Assembly: GCA_051294375.1 (NCBI GenBank)
Contig: CM119264.1
Span: 3,938,247 to 4,002,246, forward strand
Origin: Paraspadella gotoi
Lineage: Eukaryota > Animalia > Chaetognatha
Direction of reading: 5' to 3'
Length of the DNA: 64,000 bases
Below, one piece after another: positions 1 to 13,946 of this stretch (its first letter is position 1; each line of letters opens with the position of its first letter). A model generated the notes under the pieces. That model worked only from the letters and a program-made list of their open reading frames with translations, was not told the DNA's origin and searched no databases. The position numbers and the translations under genes were made by a program.

Positions 1-81
1 GGAGGACGGAAATGGAAGCGGCCCCAGGTGGAGCCGCGTCGCCGGACAGGAAATCAATTTTGACGACATAGAAGAGAGAGA

Positions 82-143
<62 letters not shown>

Positions 144-1147
144 CGCGGCGACTACATTGAATTCTCCAGGGAGCGTCATGAATTTCTTTATCGACGAAAG
201 TGGCCAGCGACGGAGATTGGAGAGTTTTTTCGTCGCTGTCGTTGAAGCGAAGATCCGCCATCAACGGTCGAGGTTGCAGAATCATTTCCTTTATGGATTC
301 TCGGTCCAAACGCCTTCGATTTTGTTTCCGGCCATGTGCCGGCGTTTGGGACGAATGATATTGTGCGCACGGGCTGGTATGGGGCGTTGCACTATCATCG
401 AAAATAATTTTTTTTCTTCGGAAAAAGTGTAGTCCATCGTACAAAAATATATATGCTTTTAATTAATTAGGGACTATCATCGGAAACCTCTCAAGCAATA
501 TCAGTTGTCAAAAAATCATTTCTTTAGGAGATATAAGGCTTTTCTCTATTTCAGACTCACTTTGTCGAGCTATATTCAGGAACTTATGATGAATTTACTT
601 TTTTTTTTAAATATTGATAAACAAACTGGATACCAAGCATGATTAAATACAAATTTGTTCTAAAAGGTTTTACTGTATCTGAGTTTTTGAAAAACTAGCT
701 TAAAATATATAGGGAATCATGGGGAATCACTACCATTCTAATTAAATATAATGATTGATATTATAACGCCACTTGATGTTGTTCGGGATTTCATCCGCAA
801 CGATCCGCAAATGAGTAATGCCAAAATGATTTTCAAATTAATTTTTTTTTCTAACACCCGATAAGAACCATTTACTAAGTAAATTATTTTTTAACTGCGA
901 TTTTGAAGTGGTTTAACTTATTGAATCATTTTTTTCTCTTTAAAATTTTCATTTTACCGGTATTTGAGAGGTAAATAATTAAATAAAGCCAAAAAACTCC
1001 GCTTAGCGTTTGATTCATCTTTAGGAAACGTAAAAAATAAAATGAAACATTTTTGTCCTTTTTGGAAATATTAAAAATTTATTGGAATAACTCTAAAGTT
1101 TTCAAGAATTACTCGTGTTAAGCTATCCGAATATGTTCATTAGTTAT
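1..1147 (-). repeat. Inverted copy of ~4971-6172 (its first ~430 bp is also the inverse of 1173-1612)
   Basis: The reverse complement of 1-70 matches tgtcgcaaaa...ccatttccgtcctcc at ~1545-1612 and ~6105-6172. The reverse complement of the 1147 end (actaatgaacatattcggatag) matches ~4973. The copy ends at the 25-N gap 1148-1172. Confidence 0.9.
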
Positions 1148-1172
1148 NNNNNNNNNNNNNNNNNNNNNNNNN

Positions 1173-1468
1173 ACTTTTTCCGAGAAAAAAAATTATTTCG
1201 ATGATAGTGCAACGCCCCATACCAGCCCGTGCACAATATCATCGTCCCAAACGCCGGCACATGGGCGGAAACAAATCGAAGGCGTTTGGACCGAGAATCC
1301 ATAAAGGAAATGATTCTGCAACCTCGACCGTTGATGGCGGATCTTCGCTTCAACGACAGCGACGAAAAAACTCTCCAATCTCCGTCGCTGCCACTTTCGT
1401 CGATAAGAAATTCATGACGCTCCCTGGAGAAATTCAATGTAGTCGCCGCGTCTCTCTCTCTCTCTCTC

Positions 1469-1534
<66 letters not shown>

Positions 1535-2360
1535 TCTCTCTCTTATGTCGCAAAAATTGATTTCCTGTCCGGCGACGCGGCTCCACCTGGGGGCCGCTTC
1601 CATTTCCGTCCTGCCGCCAAGCGCGACCACCTGTCGTCGTCGTCGTCGTCGTTCTTCGTTTTTTTCCAGTTGTTTATCCTTCGTAGAGGATTTATGATGG
1701 CGATTGTTCTCAGACGCCGGTTTAACCTTTTGACCCCCCCAAAAAAAGCGTCGGGTTTTTGGACGCCGACGACGATGGACGGAGATTTTGAGTCGAAGGG
1801 GACATTATCGTTTTCAAGATGGCGACCGAAAAGGGAGAGGAGAGATATTCTGCGTCGAAGCTTTTCTTGGATGGTTGAAAGAATCGTTGGTTATCAGTCG
1901 AGAGAAAACGGAACATTTATCCGCCTCAAAATTTGAGTCCTTAGGTAAAGCTTTATTGCTTCGAATTAAGCATGGATTCGTGGCTTAACAACGTGTTGCG
2001 CATTTGAAAATAATCGTGATGCGAAGCAAAAGCGAAAAAAATGGTCTAACTTCAAACCGCATCCATGGAACTGTTGCTTCAGTGTCTTGTAAAATATCGT
2101 AAACTCTCTTTCTATTCCTGTCTTCCTCTCTCTCTCTATCTCGCTAAAAGCCATGGAAAAGAAAGAGAAAAATGAACAAAGGAACGAAATAGAAAGAGTA
2201 AAACGATAAATTTTTGTTTTTCACCGAAAAATATGATTTATGACGAATCGAGAGAGCGAGACGTTTGAAGGAGAAGGGAGAGAGAGAGAGAGATTTACCA
2301 CTTAAAGACGTGAATTAAAATTCCGGACGTGGGCTTTGTATAAACTCTCTCTCTCTCTCT
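1173..2360 (+). repeat. Direct repeat of ~5722-6950
   Basis: Colinear near-identity from ctttttccga(a)gaaaaaa to ccggacgtgggctttgtataaa, differing by scattered 1-bp indels. The two copies diverge after the terminal (CT)n. Confidence 0.9.
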
Positions 2361-2823
2361 CTCAAAAGAGAGAGATCGAGGGACGAAAATAACTGGTTCG
2401 AGTCGCAGTATGGAACTTTTGCGGAATGAAACTATTGTAAAAAAAGAATGACTTAGGGATGATAATGTTAGAATTGCAGATCAAAATCGATGTGGGATGG
2501 AACTTTTGCCTGATTGTTTTGGCGCTCGATATGGAGAGAGAGAGACGAAACGATGCCAAGAAGAACCAATGGAATTTCTGTGCTGAAAAATTAAGGGGGG
2601 GATTGATCGTGAGGGGGGGCGGAGGCGTGTCCGTGAATGGGGTGATTTTTGTGAAGGGGGTGAGGATTTAGTGATCGAGATGGTGGGCAGTAAAGATCAA
2701 CGGTAAAGAGGGTGCAAAGGGTGGTAAAGCCAGGAGAGAGGTGTGAAATGAGAGAGGGAAAGGAAGGAAAAAGTTTTGAAGAGGTTGGCAAATAAGTTGG
2801 CAGTGGATAAAGGCAGAGATTGG

Positions 2824-2881
<58 letters not shown>

Positions 2882-3170
2882 AGAGGAGAGAGAAGAGAGA
2901 GAGAGTTTTAAAGTAGAAAATAGGTGGAGAAAAAGATCGCGTGAAAGAAAAATCGAGTTGAAAACTTGTGTGAGGGGGGGTGAGTGAGAAAGAGAAGAGG
3001 AGAAGAGAAGAGAAGGAAGAGGAAAGAGAAATAATAGCGGGAGAGGCTCCTCCATTGATGCATTTCTCCCTCGAGTTTCATAAAAGGAAAATCGATGAAG
3101 GGAAATAACAGCAGCGTTTTCAGACAAAAGATTTATTCAGACCTCCGTTAGAATTGGCAGCACGGTGAGG

Positions 3171-3261
<91 letters not shown>

Positions 3262-4262
3262 GAAACGTTTATATGTTAGGGAAAGAGGGGAGAAGGGTAG
3301 AAAGAGGAAGAGAGAGAGGGAGATAGTGTAAGAGAGAGAGATGAGATGAGTAGAGGATAAGTGATGAAGAAAGTAGGGAGAGAAAGGGGGAACGTAGGAA
3401 TGAGGAGGAGAGAGAGGGAGAAGGATGTAGGGGTTTTGAAATGTGGAGGAGAATGCATGTAGTCGATGTGGAAAGGCAAGATGGGTGAAGAATGTCAAGA
3501 CTAAAATGTGTTTTAAGCTGAGAAATTAGAAACGGGACGCAAACGAACGCGGCCTGATAGATAGATAGGCATAGAAAGAAATGATATGTACTTATGTACT
3601 TTGTAGTCAGATACATTGATACATTTGGTAACTTGCTTGAGAGACATCTGTAAAACATCGTTCAATTTGTCGGATCAAAGTAACGTCAGGAAGCCAAGAA
3701 AAAAAAAAATTTAACTAAAAGAACTCAAGACCGAAGGAAAAAATAGAAATTAAACGAGTTTTTAGTTTTTCGTGAAAAAGAGATTAAATAAGAATTAGCG
3801 TTCGACAACGAAGAAAGAAAAAAAATAATTTAATTTTTAAGATGAAGATGATCTCCAACAAAGAAAAAGAAAAAAAGATTAAAGAAAAAAAGTTTGTTGA
3901 AAAAAAAAGGAAAAAAAAAACAAAAAAAAAACCGGAAAATGAATTCGTCATTTCTTCCTCTTTGTGGTTTTTGTGTTTCGGTCTTTTAAGATTTAAAAAA
4001 AAAATGTCTGGAAAGAGAAGAAAAAAACTATTCGTTTCGTTGGCGATGATTTATTGGCCTTATTTTCCCAGAAGCGAACCATTTTAAATTTTAAAGTCGG
4101 GGGAATTAGATTTAAAACTTTTTTTGAGTTAAAGATTAGTTTTTGAGTTAAAGGTTAGGAATCAAAGATTAGTTTTGAGTTAAAGGTTAGGATCAAAAGA
4201 TTAGTTTAAATGAGGATGGTTAAGAATTTTAGTTTAGAATTAAGTTTTTTAAGGTTAGTGAT

Positions 4263-4392
4263 TGTTATGAAAATAACGATCCTCTATATTTCGATGAAAT
4301 CCAATCTTCTCTACTTCTCCAAATGCTTTTTGTTCTTTTTACTGACTCAGAAGAGGCTTCTGTTTCAGCGATTGCAGCGACATCTTTAGTTA
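4263..4392 (+). mobile_element. 5' fragment related to the solo LTR at 36411-37114
   Basis: Starts tgttatgaaata (vs tgttacgaaatc) and shares cttctctact(t)tctcc and cagcgacatct(t/c)tag with 36411-36540. Confidence 0.55.
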
Positions 4393-7300
4393 CGATTATT
4401 GTTTAAATAAAGAATAAGTAATAAGGAATAAGGAATAAGGGTTTAGGGTAAAAATTTTCGGATTAAGTTTCTAGTTTAAGATCATTATTTTTTTATTTTA
4501 AAAAAATAATAATATTATTGATTAACAGATATTATTATCTAATATTAAAATTAGAATTCTGGGAATAAACGAAACAGAAATAGGGGCCTTTCTAAAATAA
4601 AGCCATTTTATTTTCTATTGAGGAAAAAAAAATGACAGCAAATACGAAGTTTGTTTTGTTTTTCTGTAATGAAGAAAGTCTGAATTGGAAAAATAAAAAA
4701 GAAAGAAGAGAAAGAGAAGAAAAGCATTATCCAAGTCTTTGACCAAAACACAAGGAATGTATTCAAAGTTGTTTTTTTTTAGCGAAAGAAGAGATACTTC
4801 GTCTTGAAATTCACGTTTGTTTTCTTTTGAGAGCAAAGATAAAACAATATAATCTTTGTCCGAATTTTTTATCGGCGTCAATAAAATTATGATCAAGTAA
4901 AATCAATTTGTTCACCTCGCCAACGCACTATGATCCTCTTCGAAGTTGTAAGCGTTTAAAATCGAAAATTATACTAATGAACATATTCGGATAGTCTTAA
5001 TCACGAGTAATTCTTGAAAAACTTTAGAGTTTATTCCATATAAATTTTTATATTTCCAAAAAGAGACAAAAATGTTTCATTTTATTACGTTTCTCTAAAG
5101 ATGATATCAAATACGCGTAAGTCGGAGTTTTTTGGCTTTATTTAATTATTTACCTCTCAAATACCGTGTTAAAATGATAATTTTATTAAAGAGAAAAAAA
5201 TGATTCAATAAGTTAAAACCACTTCAAAATCGCAGCTAAAAAAATAAATTTACTTAGTAAATGGTTCTTATCGGGGTGTTAGAAAAAAAAATTAATTTTG
5301 AAAATCATTTTTGGCATTACTTCATTTTTGCCGGATCGTTCGGATGAAATCCCGAACACATCAAGTGCGTTATCAATATGCAATCATTATATTTAATTAG
5401 AATGGTAGTGATTCCCCATGTTCGCCTATATATTTTAGCTAGTTTTTCAAAAACTCAGATACAGTAAAACCTTTTTAAGAACAAATTTGTATTTAATACC
5501 ATGCTTGGTATCGCAGATTTTTTATCAATATTTAAAAAAAAAAAAAGTAAATTCAATCATAAGTTCTCGGAATATAGCTCCGACAAGTGAGTCTGAAATA
5601 GAGGGAAAGCGCTCTATATCTCCTAAAGAAATGATTTTTTGACAACTGATATTCTTTGAGAGGGTTTCCCGATGATAAGTCCTAATTAATTAAAAGCATA
5701 TATATTTTTGTACGATGGACTACACCTTTTTCCGAAGAAAAAAAAATTATTTCGATTGATAGATGCAACGCCCCATACCAGCCCGTGGCACCAATATCAT
5801 CGTTCCCAAACGCCGGCACTGGCGGAAACACAATCGAAGGCGTTTGGACGAGATAACCATAAGGAAATGATTCTGCACCTCGGAACCGTGATGGCGGATC
5901 TCGCTTTTCAACCGACAGCGACGAAAAAACTCTCCAATCTCCGTCCGCTGCCAACTTTCGTCCGATATAAGAAAATTCATTGACGCTCCCTGCCGAGAAT
6001 TCAATGTAGTCGCCGCGTCTCTCTCTCTCTCGTCTCTCTCACTCTCTTCTCTCTCTCTCTCTTCATCTCTCTCTCTCATCTCTCTCTCTCTCTCTCTCTC
6101 TCCATGTCGCAAAAATTTGATTTCTGTCCGGCGACGCGGCTCCACCTGGGGGCCGCTTCCATTTCCGTCCTCCGCCAAGCCGCGACACCTGTCGTCGTCG
6201 TCGTCGTCGTCGTCGTGCGTCTCGTTCTGTTTTTTTTCCAGTGTTTATCCTTTCGTAGAGGATTTAATGATGGCGATTGTTCTCAGACGCCGGTTTAAAA
6301 CCTTTTGGACCCGCCCCAAAAAAAGCGTCGGGTTTGTTGGACGCGACGACGATTGGACGGAGATTTGAGTCGAAGGGGACATTATCGTTTTCAAGATGGC
6401 CGACCGAAAAAGGAGAAGGATAGATATTCTGCGCTCGAAGCTTTCTTTGGGATGGTTGAAAGAATCGTTGCGTTATCATGTCGAGAGAAAAACGGAACAT
6501 TTTATCCGCCTCAAAATTTGAAGTCCTTAGGGTAAAGCTTTTTGCTGTGACATTAAGAGGGGATTCGTGGGCTTAACAACTGTGTTGCGCATTTGAAAAT
6601 AATCGTGATGGCCGAAGCAAAAGCGAAAAAAATGGTCTAACTTTCAAAACCGCATCCATGGACTGTTGCTTCAGTGTCTTGTAAAATATCGTAAACTATC
6701 TCTTCCTATTCCTGTCTCCTCTCTCTCTCTCAATCTTCGCTAAAAGCCATGGAAGAAGAAAGAGAAAAAATGAACAAAGGAACGAAATAGAAAGAGTAAA
6801 ACGATAAATTTTTGTTTTTCACCGAAAAATATGATTTATGAACGAATCGAGAGAGCGAGACGTTTGAAGGAGAAGGGAGAGAGAGAGAGAGATTTAACCA
6901 CTTAAAGACGTGAATTAAAATTCCGGACGTGGGCTTTGTATAAAACTCTCTCCTCTCTTCTCTCTCTCTCTCTCTCTCTCTCCCTCCTTCTCTCTCTCTC
7001 TCTCTCTTTCTCTCTCTCCATCTCTCTCTTCTCTCGTCCTCCTTCATCTCTCTCATCTCTTCTCCTTCTCTATCTTCTTCTCTCTCCTCTTCTCTCTCTC
7101 TCTCTTCTTCTCTCTCTCTCTCTCTCTCCTCACTTCTCTTGCTCTTCCATCTCTCTCTCTCTCTTTTCTCCCCTTCTTTTTAAAGAAAAAAGCTAATTTT
7201 TTGCTATCGAAAGTTGACCTTTGACTGCCGCTCAATTTTTCCCCGAGCCTTTCTTCGCGAGATGAGGAAGAGAGAGAGAGAGAGAGGGAGGGAGAGAGAG

Positions 7301-7435
7301 GAGAGAGAGGAGAGAGAGAGAGAGAGAGAAGAGAGAGGAAGAGAGAAGAGAGAGAGAGAGAGAGAAGTTTTCTAGANNNNNNNNNNNNNNNNNNNNNNNN
7401 NACTCTCTTTCTCTCCTCTCGAAAGACTCCTTTCT

Positions 7436-7472
<37 letters not shown>

Positions 7473-10400
7473 CTCTCAGTCTAACTCTCGTCTCCGTAGG
7501 TGCTCTCTCTCTCAGCACCTCTACATTGAACGGACCGGGGTCTTTCACGTTCATGACCTATGTCCGATCTCTCTCTCTCTCCTCCTCTCGATCTCTTCTC
7601 TCTCTACTCTTTCTCGACCTCTCAGATATTCCGTTCTGCGCTAAAAAAAGAGGCTCCGTCACGACGTTAAAGAGGTAAGGAAAAGGTGAGGTTTAAAGAG
7701 GAAGACAAAAGAGGAAAGAAAAAGTATATTCAAATTATAACTAGGCTTTAATATGGTTGTTAAAAACAACATACAAGGTGATAAAAGGAAATCGCCACGA
7801 GAAAAAACCTGCCATTCCCATTATTCAATTTGTTTCAATTTGTTTTATTATATTTTTTTAAATTTTTATATTTTTATTTATTTTATTTTATCCTATTTTT
7901 CTATTTTATTTCATTTTATTTTATTTTGATAGTTATTAACTACACTACAAAGTTCACGGATTTCAAATGGTAATGAAATGAAAAGATTTGTCAATACTCT
8001 TAATTGACTAAATATGATTGATATTTGATCATTTCATTAGTTAGAAAATTCTCTGACGTTTATGCTCTTATAAAGTTAACTGGTGCAATTGCCTAACAGC
8101 AGCTTTTTTTTCGAAATTTCTCCCCACTTCAATTATAAACTCATTGTAAAAAAAATTGAGTCAAATATTTTCATTTATTTTATATTTATTAGTTAGTCTT
8201 GGGAGCATGCCAACAATTTTTATTAATATATTTCAAGATTTAGTTAGGCAACTTATTGTTCTTTTCCATATTTTTTAAAAGCTGAAATTTTTTTTCTATA
8301 AATTTTAACTAGAAATACTAAAAAATAAAAATGGCTGTCATTGTGGCGGTAAAAAGTTTTTGACATTCTGATTGCTTAGGGACATACACCAATGTCTATA
8401 TCTGTAAGATGATCCAAATTTTTTCATCATTTCATTTTTTTTATTAAAATATATATTATAATAGGAAGGTCATATTCAAATACAAAAAATGTCCTTTTTT
8501 AAAATTCGACCATGTCATTGACGAGCACATAACTAAGAAAGTAAGCAAGCTGGACTAATGGGAGTTGAAAAATAAAAAAAAGTCAGCGATTTTTCTACCA
8601 GAGTGCAAAATCTGAAGTTGCTATGATCTTTTGATGATCCTTTGATCCTTTCATTTCACTCCCATTTGAAATCCGTGTAACTGTCTTGGTGCAATATTAA
8701 TTTAGGGAAAGTAAAGACAAGACAATACTGGATACAAATAGAACCAGTGGCTCCGCCAATATATGTAAATCACTTTAAAGGGCTTAAACTGAACTATCGC
8801 ACTAATATCATTTTGGTACTTGCAAAAATATTTTATAAGTCAAAACAATATTATTTTTGTTTTGAAGTATGATATATGATAAAAATGCTTTAATCAAAAC
8901 ATAGAATAAGAAATACAATAAAAAAATAGAATAATAAAAAAATACTTGTTAAAAAATACCAAAAAATATTTAAAAAAAATTTAAAATAATAAAAAATTAC
9001 AAAAATAATTGCTATTTTGTTGAAGAGCAGGTACAAGTGAAGATCTAGTGGGTGAAGCTAAAATTTATTATAAATGTTCCTTTATCTTACAAAAAGCTTT
9101 TTTCTTTTAGTAGTTTCGTAGTTTAGTAGTTTCCTCTAAAAATACCAAAAAAATTTAATGGGGCTGTTTTTTTGTTTCAGAAAAAAATATTAAAACCTCT
9201 GGTGAATGTACTTAAAATAAATTTTATTGCTATTTTCTTTTTAAAAATGCTCCTTTGTTTGTACAGCCATCTGGTTTATTAAGATTAAAACGTAAAAATA
9301 TGTAAAGCAATGCAAGTGAAGATCTAGTGGGTGCCGACAGAAGAATTTATATAGAAAGTAAAGGGAATATGCTTATAGTAAAGAAAGTAAGAGACAAATC
9401 CTAGTAGGAGAGAAGAAAAGTTAAGTAACCGGAACAAAAAAAAAATTGAAAAAAAAAAGAAAAAGGAAAAAATTGTACAAATTCGGGAGGTAAGTAAATC
9501 ACTAAAGTGATTTACAAACATTTTGAAAAATTCGACGTTTAAAGTTTGACATTTAAGAATTTGAAAAAAAAAAAAAATCCCCCGGAATCTGAGCCTCGAT
9601 TTTACAATAACCATTCAGCGTCGAATTCTCGGCGAATTTCTCAGAAATCAACTAATAAATCAGGTTCGCGCGAAGAGAGAGTGAAATATGGGCAGCGGAG
9701 ATGGAAAGAACTGGTGGAGCCTGTGGTGAAGTTGAGAGTAGTTGGGGGGGGGGTTGGTTGATAGAACGAAGCAAGACAAGAGAGAAAAAAAGTAGCACAT
9801 TGTATAAACTTCTTAAAAAAAGTAAAGCAATAACGGAGCCGAATGTCGAATAAAGTTATTGAAAAAAATTATAAATTTGAGTTAACGTTAAATACCCGAT
9901 GTAGGGGCGGAGGGGCGGGGCTGAAAACAGGAAGTGGGGGGGGGAAGAGAACCAGACGAGACGAGGCGTTTTCGGAGAAGAATCTTATTGTCCCAAAAAA
10001 ATTGATCGATGCCGAAGAACGAATGGGTTCCTTCGGCGGTGCTCCTGCGGCTGCGGATGTAACTGCCGCCGCGCTGCGACGGGCGGAGGCGGCTGCTGCG
10101 GGCGGGACCGGTTTTTCCTTTCGTTCCGCCACTGAATCGAAATTGGGGATCGAAATTGTTCTCTCGCGTTTCCCGTCATCAATTAGATCCACAAAAGAAT
10201 CGAGGGAGAAAGGAGGGAGGAGAGAAGGGAGGGAGGGAGAGGGGAGGAAGGGAGGGAGGGAGGGAAAAAAAAGGGGAGAGGTGGGGGTAGAGAAAGAGAA
10301 AGGTGATGGGTGGCAGATGAGGGGCAATTTTTGGAATCGGCGAAGGGGAATGTAGTAAGAGTTGGGCAATGAAGGGAAAGATTTTACGTATTGTAAAAAT

Positions 10401-10671
10401 ACTGTGAACATTTGATTTAAGAATCTCGGTATCGGCTGAGCATGAAAACCTTGGGTGTAGCAACTAGAAAAGAATCCGAGGATTCGTATCTCTGTCAATC
10501 GAGATTAAAAATAAATAGCAAACATCTACGACAAGCATCTAGATGTTCTCGTAGAATCCAAGAGAGAAGCTGCCGCTATGAAATTAGTACTTATAAAAAA
10601 TTATCCATTCATTTTATTATGTTCAGGAAAAGAAAAAGTCTCTCTCACTCTCTCTTTCTCTGTGTTTGTCT

Positions 10672-10711
<40 letters not shown>

Positions 10712-10755
10712 CCTCTTCCCTCCGTTCCTTCCCTCTCTCTCTCTTTCTCTCTCTT

Positions 10756-10799
<44 letters not shown>

Positions 10800-11877
10800 A
10801 TCTCTCTCTTCTCTCTCTAACTCTGTCTCTTTCTAAGTTTTCTCTCTCTCTCTCCTCTCTCTAACTCTGTCTCTCTCTCTCTCTCTTCTCTCTCTTCTTT
10901 CTCGGATGCAACTGCCTTTTAACCCAAGTTCCCCTTAATCAAGTTTATGGTCTTTTCGCGCCGTCATTTATTCGTCGACACTCCCCGATTTATCAACGCC
11001 GCCCTTGCGGTGCGGAGGGTGGTAGAAGTGAGGTGGTGGAGTTGGGGGTGGTGAAGCGGGGGCTGATGGATTGGGGGTGGCGCGTTAGGAGTGGACGGAG
11101 GAAATGGCAAGGGCAATGATGAGAAGTGGTACGGATGGCGAAGTGGGAGACAGCGATGGCAGAAATTGCCGGAGAGAATATAAAAGCGGAAGAGATGGCA
11201 AAGAAGAACGATTGGTTGGAGGAAAGAAAAGTACGTATTAAACAGAAAATAAATCAAAAGAGAAAGAAAAGAAAAGATTTAAATAGATGAAGCAAAAAAA
11301 AAAAGAAAAACAAACTTAAAAAAAAAAAAGATAAAAAGAAAAAAAAAGTGAAAGGAGGGAACCTCTTGCCACAGTCCGACTCGGTCTTCCTATTTTTGAT
11401 CCACTCTTACCTCATATTTCTGGCAGCTTTTTTTTTAGATAACCCTCACCCGCTCACCACTTTCCTCCCACTCACCCCAAAATTACCTCTGCCCGATTTT
11501 CACTTCCCTACCTCCAATTTTCCGCTGCATTTCCCGCGATTTCTAACATTTCTCGATTCCCCTCTTCCGTCGCCTCGATTTTTTTTTAGTTGCGATGCGA
11601 GTAAACGCGGAGCCAAATATATTTTTTGGTCGGTCGGTCTGACTGATATCGTAGCAGAATAATTTTCGGTTCATTTCGAATGAGATCAACTCCTTCAACT
11701 TCTTCAATCTTATTTACATCTTGTAGTAGTTTAGATCATTTCTCATATCTCATATGATTCCCCCCCGTTACGATACACTCAATTTATTTTGGATATGTAT
11801 ATACATAATGCCTAGTTATTTGAATTTATATTTAATATAATTAAAACCATGTTGAGGAATGCTTATATAATTGAAAG

Positions 11878-12203
11878 AAAGTTAATGCTGCGCAACAACA
11901 CCTCAGAAGAATCATTCTTTGTTTTTTCCTCCGCTTCGCTGACGTGTCATTCGACGGACATCTGGCTCTTCTTTTTTCAAATGACCACTTGATTAACAAG
12001 TTTAGGCAAACGATGTCGGATCTGCCCACGATCATTATCGGTAATTAATTAATTATTAATTAAATTATTCAAGTTAATTAATTAATTAATTAATTAATTA
12101 GGCAATTAATTAAATTGATCCCAACTGTTTGTTTTTAGGTCTTTTTGTCACTAACCACGTCAAAAGCAATGACGACGACGAGAATAATGCCGATAACAAT
12201 TGA
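11878..12203 (+). CDS. Possible two 3'-terminal exons of an unknown gene (~11878-12040 and 12139-12203)
   Basis: Open frame ...FLRFADVSFDGHLALLFSNDHLINKFRQTMSDLPTIII G|gtaatt, an intron of (TAAT)n, then ttttag|GT LFVTNHVKSNDDDENNADNN*. Splice phase is consistent. No homology recognised. Confidence 0.3.
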
Positions 12204-12339
12204 CTTGATTGATTGACTTTTTAATTAATCATTGGTTAATTAATTGACTAATTGATTAATTATTTGATTAATAAATACATCCTGCATTTATATTTAATAT
12301 AAAAGGAAAAAGAAGCATAATCAATTAGTGAAACAGGTT

Positions 12340-12795
12340 TTTTGTTTTTTCCAGTTTAACTCATTTCCATTCAGATGATTCCATCTTAATCACACACTTT
12401 CCTACCCACATACAAAATTCAAGGTCAATTGCCTCATCCACTCATGAGCAATTGGTGTTCAAATAGTAAAATATATTTTTTTGGTTTTTCAATTTAAACT
12501 CATTTCCACTCGAATGATTCCATCGAAACTTCATATCCAGATCAATTACACACTTCCCTACTCACACACAAAATTTCATTCAAATCCATCCATCCAATCA
12601 CGAGTAATTTTGCTAAGTTGGGACGGACGGATGGATGAATGGACGGACATCATTTTTTTTGCATAATTTATCATAATTCGATATTCGGACATGATATAAG
12701 TGTATGCCCGACAATATTGAGGGGGCGGACCGACGGACTGACAAAGTGAATAATAGAGTCGGGATCTGCTGATAAGCAGATCCGACTAAAAAAAT
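12340..12795. mobile_element. DINE-1/HINE-like (non-autonomous Helentron-type) repeat remnants
   Basis: (GGAC/GGAT)n microsatellites, followed by a subterminal hairpin agtcgggatctgct-gata-agcagatccgact (12757-12787) and an A-run. Confidence 0.5.
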
Positions 12796-13338
12796 ATTAA
12801 TTATCGCCGACTTGATTTTCGAGACCGAGAACTCTTTTTTTTTTTTGCCCTATTTTCTTTTTTTCCTTTTTCTCCTCTTTTCTTTGTCCTATTTTCTTTT
12901 TTCTTATATTTTCTTCTTTTCTGTTTTCTTTTCTTTTCATCTTTTTCTTTTTTTCTCCTTTCGCCTCTTTTCTTTTGCCTCTTTTCTTTTTCCTCTTTTC
13001 TTTTTTCTTCTCTTTTCCTCTTTTTCTTTTTTTTTCTCTATTCCTGTTTTCTTTTTCTTCTTTTCCCTATTTTCTTCTTTCTTATCTTTTCCTATTTTCT
13101 TTTTTCTTCTCTTTTCCTATTTTCTTTTTTCTGCTTTACCCTCTTTTCTTTTTTCTTCTCTTTTCCTCTTTTCATTTTTCTTCTCTTTTCCTATTTTCTT
13201 TTTTCTTCTTTTCCCTCTTTTCTATTTTCTTCTCTTTTCTTCCTCTCTTTTTCGTTTTCTCTTTCTCTCCTTCCGACTCATCAGTTTGCTTCTCTAATTC
13301 TTTTTTCTGCAGAAACAAGCTCCGGTAAAAAAAAAAAG

Positions 13339-13462
13339 ATGGAGCTGTTGTCCCTGGTGAGTCTCATCATCTCCACGATCCTCAATGCGTATGACATCAA
13401 GACGGACGTCAGCTCCATGACTCATTTCATTGGCCACGATTCTCGGAAGCTGAAGATAATCG
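13339..13462 (+). CDS. XK-related protein, coding exon 1 (MELLSLVSLIISTILNAYDIKTDVSSM...)
   Basis: Hydrophobic helix with a D-x-x-T-D motif typical of XK TM1. An upstream acceptor (ctaat...ttctgcag, 13312) implies a 5'UTR exon further upstream. Donor G|gtaatc is phase 1. Confidence 0.75.
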
Positions 13463-13755
13463 GTAATCAAAGTCAATTGCTGAAAATTATTTTAGGATTT
13501 CACTATTAATTTTTTTCGATTTTCTTAGTTTTAATTTTGACCACAACTCACACTTCTTCCCTTCCTTTGCTTCTTTTTTTCCTTTTCTTCCCTTCGTACC
13601 TTCCCTTCATACTTTCTACTTCCTTTAATTTTCCTAATATCTTCTCTTTTCCCTTATTAACATCTCTCTTCATCCCACTTCCCTTTCCTTCCATCTTAAC
13701 TATCCTGCTTCCTCCCTTCTCTGGTCTTCTTCTATCCTTCATCCTCCAAAAACAG

Positions 13756-13946
13756 GAATGGTTCTCTTGGCGATCTTCATCCTCCACTGCGCCATCGCCG
13801 CCTTTCAGGGCCTCAGATTTCTCATCAAATTTCGCCACAAGTTTCCTCGTCTCGTTTCCTCCCGTTGGCGTTGGGTCTTGGTCATTGCTCTTAACATCGT
13901 AGGACTGGGATTTGTTCCTTTCTCAGTGGACAATTACATGGATCAG
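13756..13946 (+). CDS. XK-related protein, coding exon 2 (GMVLLAIFILHCAIAAF...WVLVIALNIVGLGFVPFSVDNYMDQ)
   Basis: Acceptor aacag|GA joins exon 1 in frame. Contains TM segments. Donor CAG|gtgagg is phase 0. Confidence 0.8.

Noticed and set aside
2591-3658. ORFs rich in SLSLSL/RERERE here and throughout the window
   Set aside because: Translations of (CT/GA)n microsatellites and purine tracts; no domain or splice support.
9843-10498. Overlapping 170-aa and 209-aa ORFs over a GC-rich patch
   Set aside because: Largely low-complexity, with no recognisable domain or consistent splice model, although a small exon cannot be excluded.
12812-13328. Phe/Leu/Ser-rich membrane-like ORFs
   Set aside because: A degenerate polypyrimidine (ttttc)n tract in the intron upstream of the XK exon.
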